From: Candidatus Krumholzibacteriota bacterium
GTDB taxonomy: Bacteria > Krumholzibacteriota > Krumholzibacteriia > JAJRXK01
Length of the DNA stretch: 64,000 nucleotides
Assembly: GCA_963764625.1 (NCBI GenBank)
Contig: CAVXTH010000009.1
Location: 160,001 to 224,000 of the forward strand
Reading direction: 5' to 3'
Shown here: piece by piece, positions 61,808 through 64,000 of the stretch
How positions within the stretch are numbered: position 1 is the stretch's first letter
How the letters are laid out: the number at the start of each line of letters is the position of its first letter
Translations under genes and position numbers: made by a program
Notes under the pieces: generated by a model
The model's database searches: none
What the model saw: only the letters and a program-made list of their open reading frames with translations
What the model was told of the DNA's origin: nothing

Positions 61808-62641
61808 ATGAACATCCGATCTTCGCTCAAAGCCGGCTTCCTGTCGGCAATCTTACTCTTCGCTTCCGTTGCCTGCCGACAGAAGGCTGACGCTCCGCGC
61901 AACGCGGGCCCATCGCGCGTGGATCGAAATGGACAAGAGGTCGTATTCTCCGCCGCCGACAGCGTGAAACTCTTCGCCGACGTCCACTGGTTGCGCGAGG
62001 ACCACCAAGGTCCCCTCATTCTTCTGTTCCACCAGGCGGGGGCGAGCGCGCGCGGCGAATACGCACCCATCATCCCGCGTCTGCTCGAGCACGGGTTCAG
62101 CGTGCTGGCTCTGGACCAGCGAAGCGGGGGCACTCGTTTCGACGGGGTGAACCGGACGGTGCAGGCGCTGCCTGAAGGCGAGAGCTTCAGCTACTGTGAC
62201 GCGTATCCCGATTTGGAAGCCGCGCTTCGCTACGTGATCGAGCAGGGGAATGAGGGACCCAGGATCGCCTGGGGCAGCAGCTACAGCGCCGCCCTGGTGA
62301 TTCGTCTGGCCGCCGAACACCTGGAGGATCTTGCCGGAGTTCTCGCGTTCTCGCCCGCATCGGGTCCGGCCATGGGCGAGTGCTCTCCCGAGCTCTACGC
62401 GCAAGAGGTCAAGACCAGAGTACTCGTTCTACGTCCACAACCCGAAATGGAGAGCGCGCCGGCGGTGCAGCAGCTCGACTCGTTCAAGACCCTCGGCTTT
62501 CAAACCTACGTCGCCGCGCACGGAGTCCACGGCTCCTCCATGCTGGTGTCGAGCCGGGTGGAGGGGAATGTGGAAGACAACTGGAAAGCGGTGGAGGATT
62601 TTCTCGACGGAGTGGTCAAGGAGCACGCGCCCCTAAAATGA
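61808..62641 (+). CDS. Alpha/beta hydrolase lipoprotein
   Basis: Lipobox SVAC, LFHQAG, DQRSGG, WGSSYSA, HGS. Confidence 0.85.
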   Translation: MNIRSSLKAGFLSAILLFASVACRQKADAPRNAGPSRVDRNGQEVVFSAADSVKLFADVHWLREDHQGPLILLFHQAGASARGEYAPIIPRLLEHGFSVLALDQRSGGTRFDGVNRTVQALPEGESFSYCDAYPDLEAALRYVIEQGNEGPRIAWGSSYSAALVIRLAAEHLEDLAGVLAFSPASGPAMGECSPELYAQEVKTRVLVLRPQPEMESAPAVQQLDSFKTLGFQTYVAAHGVHGSSMLVSSRVEGNVEDNWKAVEDFLDGVVKEHAPLK

Positions 62642-64000
62642 GCGCCACGGTCCCTTCGAACGGCATCTTTACCACCGCGTGTCCGCGAAACTGCTACAGC
62701 ACCTGCAGTCTGAGAGTGGAAGTGGAAGACGGCCGCCTGCGTCGTATTGAAGGACATCCGCTCAATCGGGCCACGACAGAGGGCCCGTGCCTGAAGGGCC
62801 TCGCCTACCTCGAACGCGTCTCCTCGCCGGAGAGAATTCTGCATCCCCTCCGGCGAAAACCGGGGACGAGGGAGTTCGAGCCGATCGATTGGGAGGGCGC
62901 ACTCGAGCTTCTCAGCGAGAAGCTGGAGCGCGCGCGTGATCGCTTCGGACCCCAGAGCATCCTCTATTACTCGGCGAGCGGTACCAAGGGGCTGATGAAC
63001 GGCGTCGGGATGTCCTTCTGGCGGCTGTTCGGCGGATGTACCACGACCTACGGCGATCTGTGCTGGCCAGCGGGACTCGAGGCCACGCGCCTGACCCTGG
63101 GGGAGAATAAACACAACGCGCCCTGGGACATCGAGAACGCCCGACTGATCGTCATGTGGGGAAAGAACGCGGCCGAGACCAACATTCATCAGACGGTCTT
63201 CGTGAACCGCGCGCTGCAGAAAGGCGCCAAACTGGTCGTCATCGACCCTCGCCGCACCGAGACGGCCGAGCGCGCCGATCTGCTCATTCAGCCGCGTCCG
63301 GGAACGGACGGAGCTCTTGCCCTCGCGGTGGCCCATCGGCTCGTGCAGGAGGATTGGCTGGATCGAAAATTTCTCGCGCGGCACGTGAAGGGATTTTCCG
63401 AGTTCACGGCGAAGCTCACGAACGCGACGCCGGAGTGGGCGGCTAGGATCTGCCGGATCCCGAAGGAGCAGATCGAAGAGCTCGCGCACCTCATTGGCAC
63501 CAACGAGCCGGTCACCATCAATGCGGGCTTTGGCATGCAGCGTTACGCGAACAGCGGGCAGACCATGCGCGCCCTCATCGCGCTCTTGGCCCTCACCGGA
63601 AACATCGGCAAGCAAGGGGCGGGTTGGATTTTCGCGGACCTGCAGAGCCACATCTTCGACGAGGTGAAGGATCCCATCGCGTTCTATCCGCCCGAGCATC
63701 CCGACGGAGTCGTGCGGGTGGGAATCTCCACCGCGCGACTGGGCGAGGATATCTTGGCCTGCAGCGACCCACCGCTGAAAATCGCGTGGGTGGAGCGGGG
63801 GAATCCGGTGACCCAGAATCCGGACACCAATACGGTGCTCAAGGCCTTCCGCTCCCTGGAGTTCAGAGTGGTGGTCGAACAGTTCATGACCGACACCGCG
63901 CGTGAAGCCGACCTGATTCTCCCCGCGAAATCGATGTTCGAGCAGAGCGACGTGATCAACGCCTACTGGCATCCCTACATCCAACTCAAACAGAAAGTGC
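62638..64000 (+). CDS. Molybdopterin (DMSO reductase family) oxidoreductase, 3'-truncated; absent from ORF track
   Basis: Manual translation MSATVPSNGIFTTACPRNCYSTC...GPCLKG...RILHPL, VIDPRRTETA, RPGTDGALA, TGNIGKQGAG, TDTAREADLILPA. Confidence 0.92.
   Translation, partial: MSATVPSNGIFTTACPRNCYSTCSLRVEVEDGRLRRIEGHPLNRATTEGPCLKGLAYLERVSSPERILHPLRRKPGTREFEPIDWEGALELLSEKLERARDRFGPQSILYYSASGTKGLMNGVGMSFWRLFGGCTTTYGDLCWPAGLEATRLTLGENKHNAPWDIENARLIVMWGKNAAETNIHQTVFVNRALQKGAKLVVIDPRRTETAERADLLIQPRPGTDGALALAVAHRLVQEDWLDRKFLARHVKGFSEFTAKLTNATPEWAARICRIPKEQIEELAHLIGTNEPVTINAGFGMQRYANSGQTMRALIALLALTGNIGKQGAGWIFADLQSHIFDEVKDPIAFYPPEHPDGVVRVGISTARLGEDILACSDPPLKIAWVERGNPVTQNPDTNTVLKAFRSLEFRVVVEQFMTDTAREADLILPAKSMFEQSDVINAYWHPYIQLKQKV

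Noticed and set aside
1188-63984. Many long antisense or alternative-frame ORFs (e.g. 1188..2111, 10840..12006, 37934..39178, 48473..49540, 62506..63984)
   Set aside because: They shadow well-supported genes, lack motifs, and are expected from GC-rich codon bias.
1-64000. CRISPR arrays, tRNA/rRNA genes, IS elements, prophage or defence genes
   Set aside because: No regularly spaced repeats, cloverleaf or rRNA signatures, transposase, integrase or phage motifs were recognised by eye.

Overview
GC-rich bacterial chromosomal window of about 57 genes. I saw no rRNA, tRNA, CRISPR array or mobile element. Secreted proteins with a C-terminal FlgD-Ig ('QNVPNPFNP') domain or a 'WSALKAGFR' tail suggest an FCB-related candidate lineage such as Krumholzibacteria, Eisenbacteria or Latescibacteria (inference). 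Main content in order: amt plus porin, mutM, many secreted or membrane proteins, a BNR-propeller/MoaD pair, an exported truncated globin, and a three-gene redox module (cytochrome b-like membrane protein, membrane-anchored ferredoxin-flavoprotein, 20-heme cytochrome c). Next come a complete group 3d NAD-reducing [NiFe]-hydrogenase operon (hoxFUYHW, Ni transporter, hypFCDEAB), proC, a Ser/Thr kinase and tandem Thr-type sulfatase-like lipoproteins. The window ends with a hybrid kinase, an RRM protein with a long structured leader, an ECF operon and a partial molybdopterin oxidoreductase. The top candidate for an undescribed system is a full-length Elp3 gene head-to-head with a Trm9/ALKBH8-like methyltransferase, suggesting a eukaryote-like mcm5U34 tRNA pathway in a bacterium. 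At least a dozen genes carry small indels, most likely uncorrected long-read assembly errors. All assignments come from motif recognition by eye; no searches were run.
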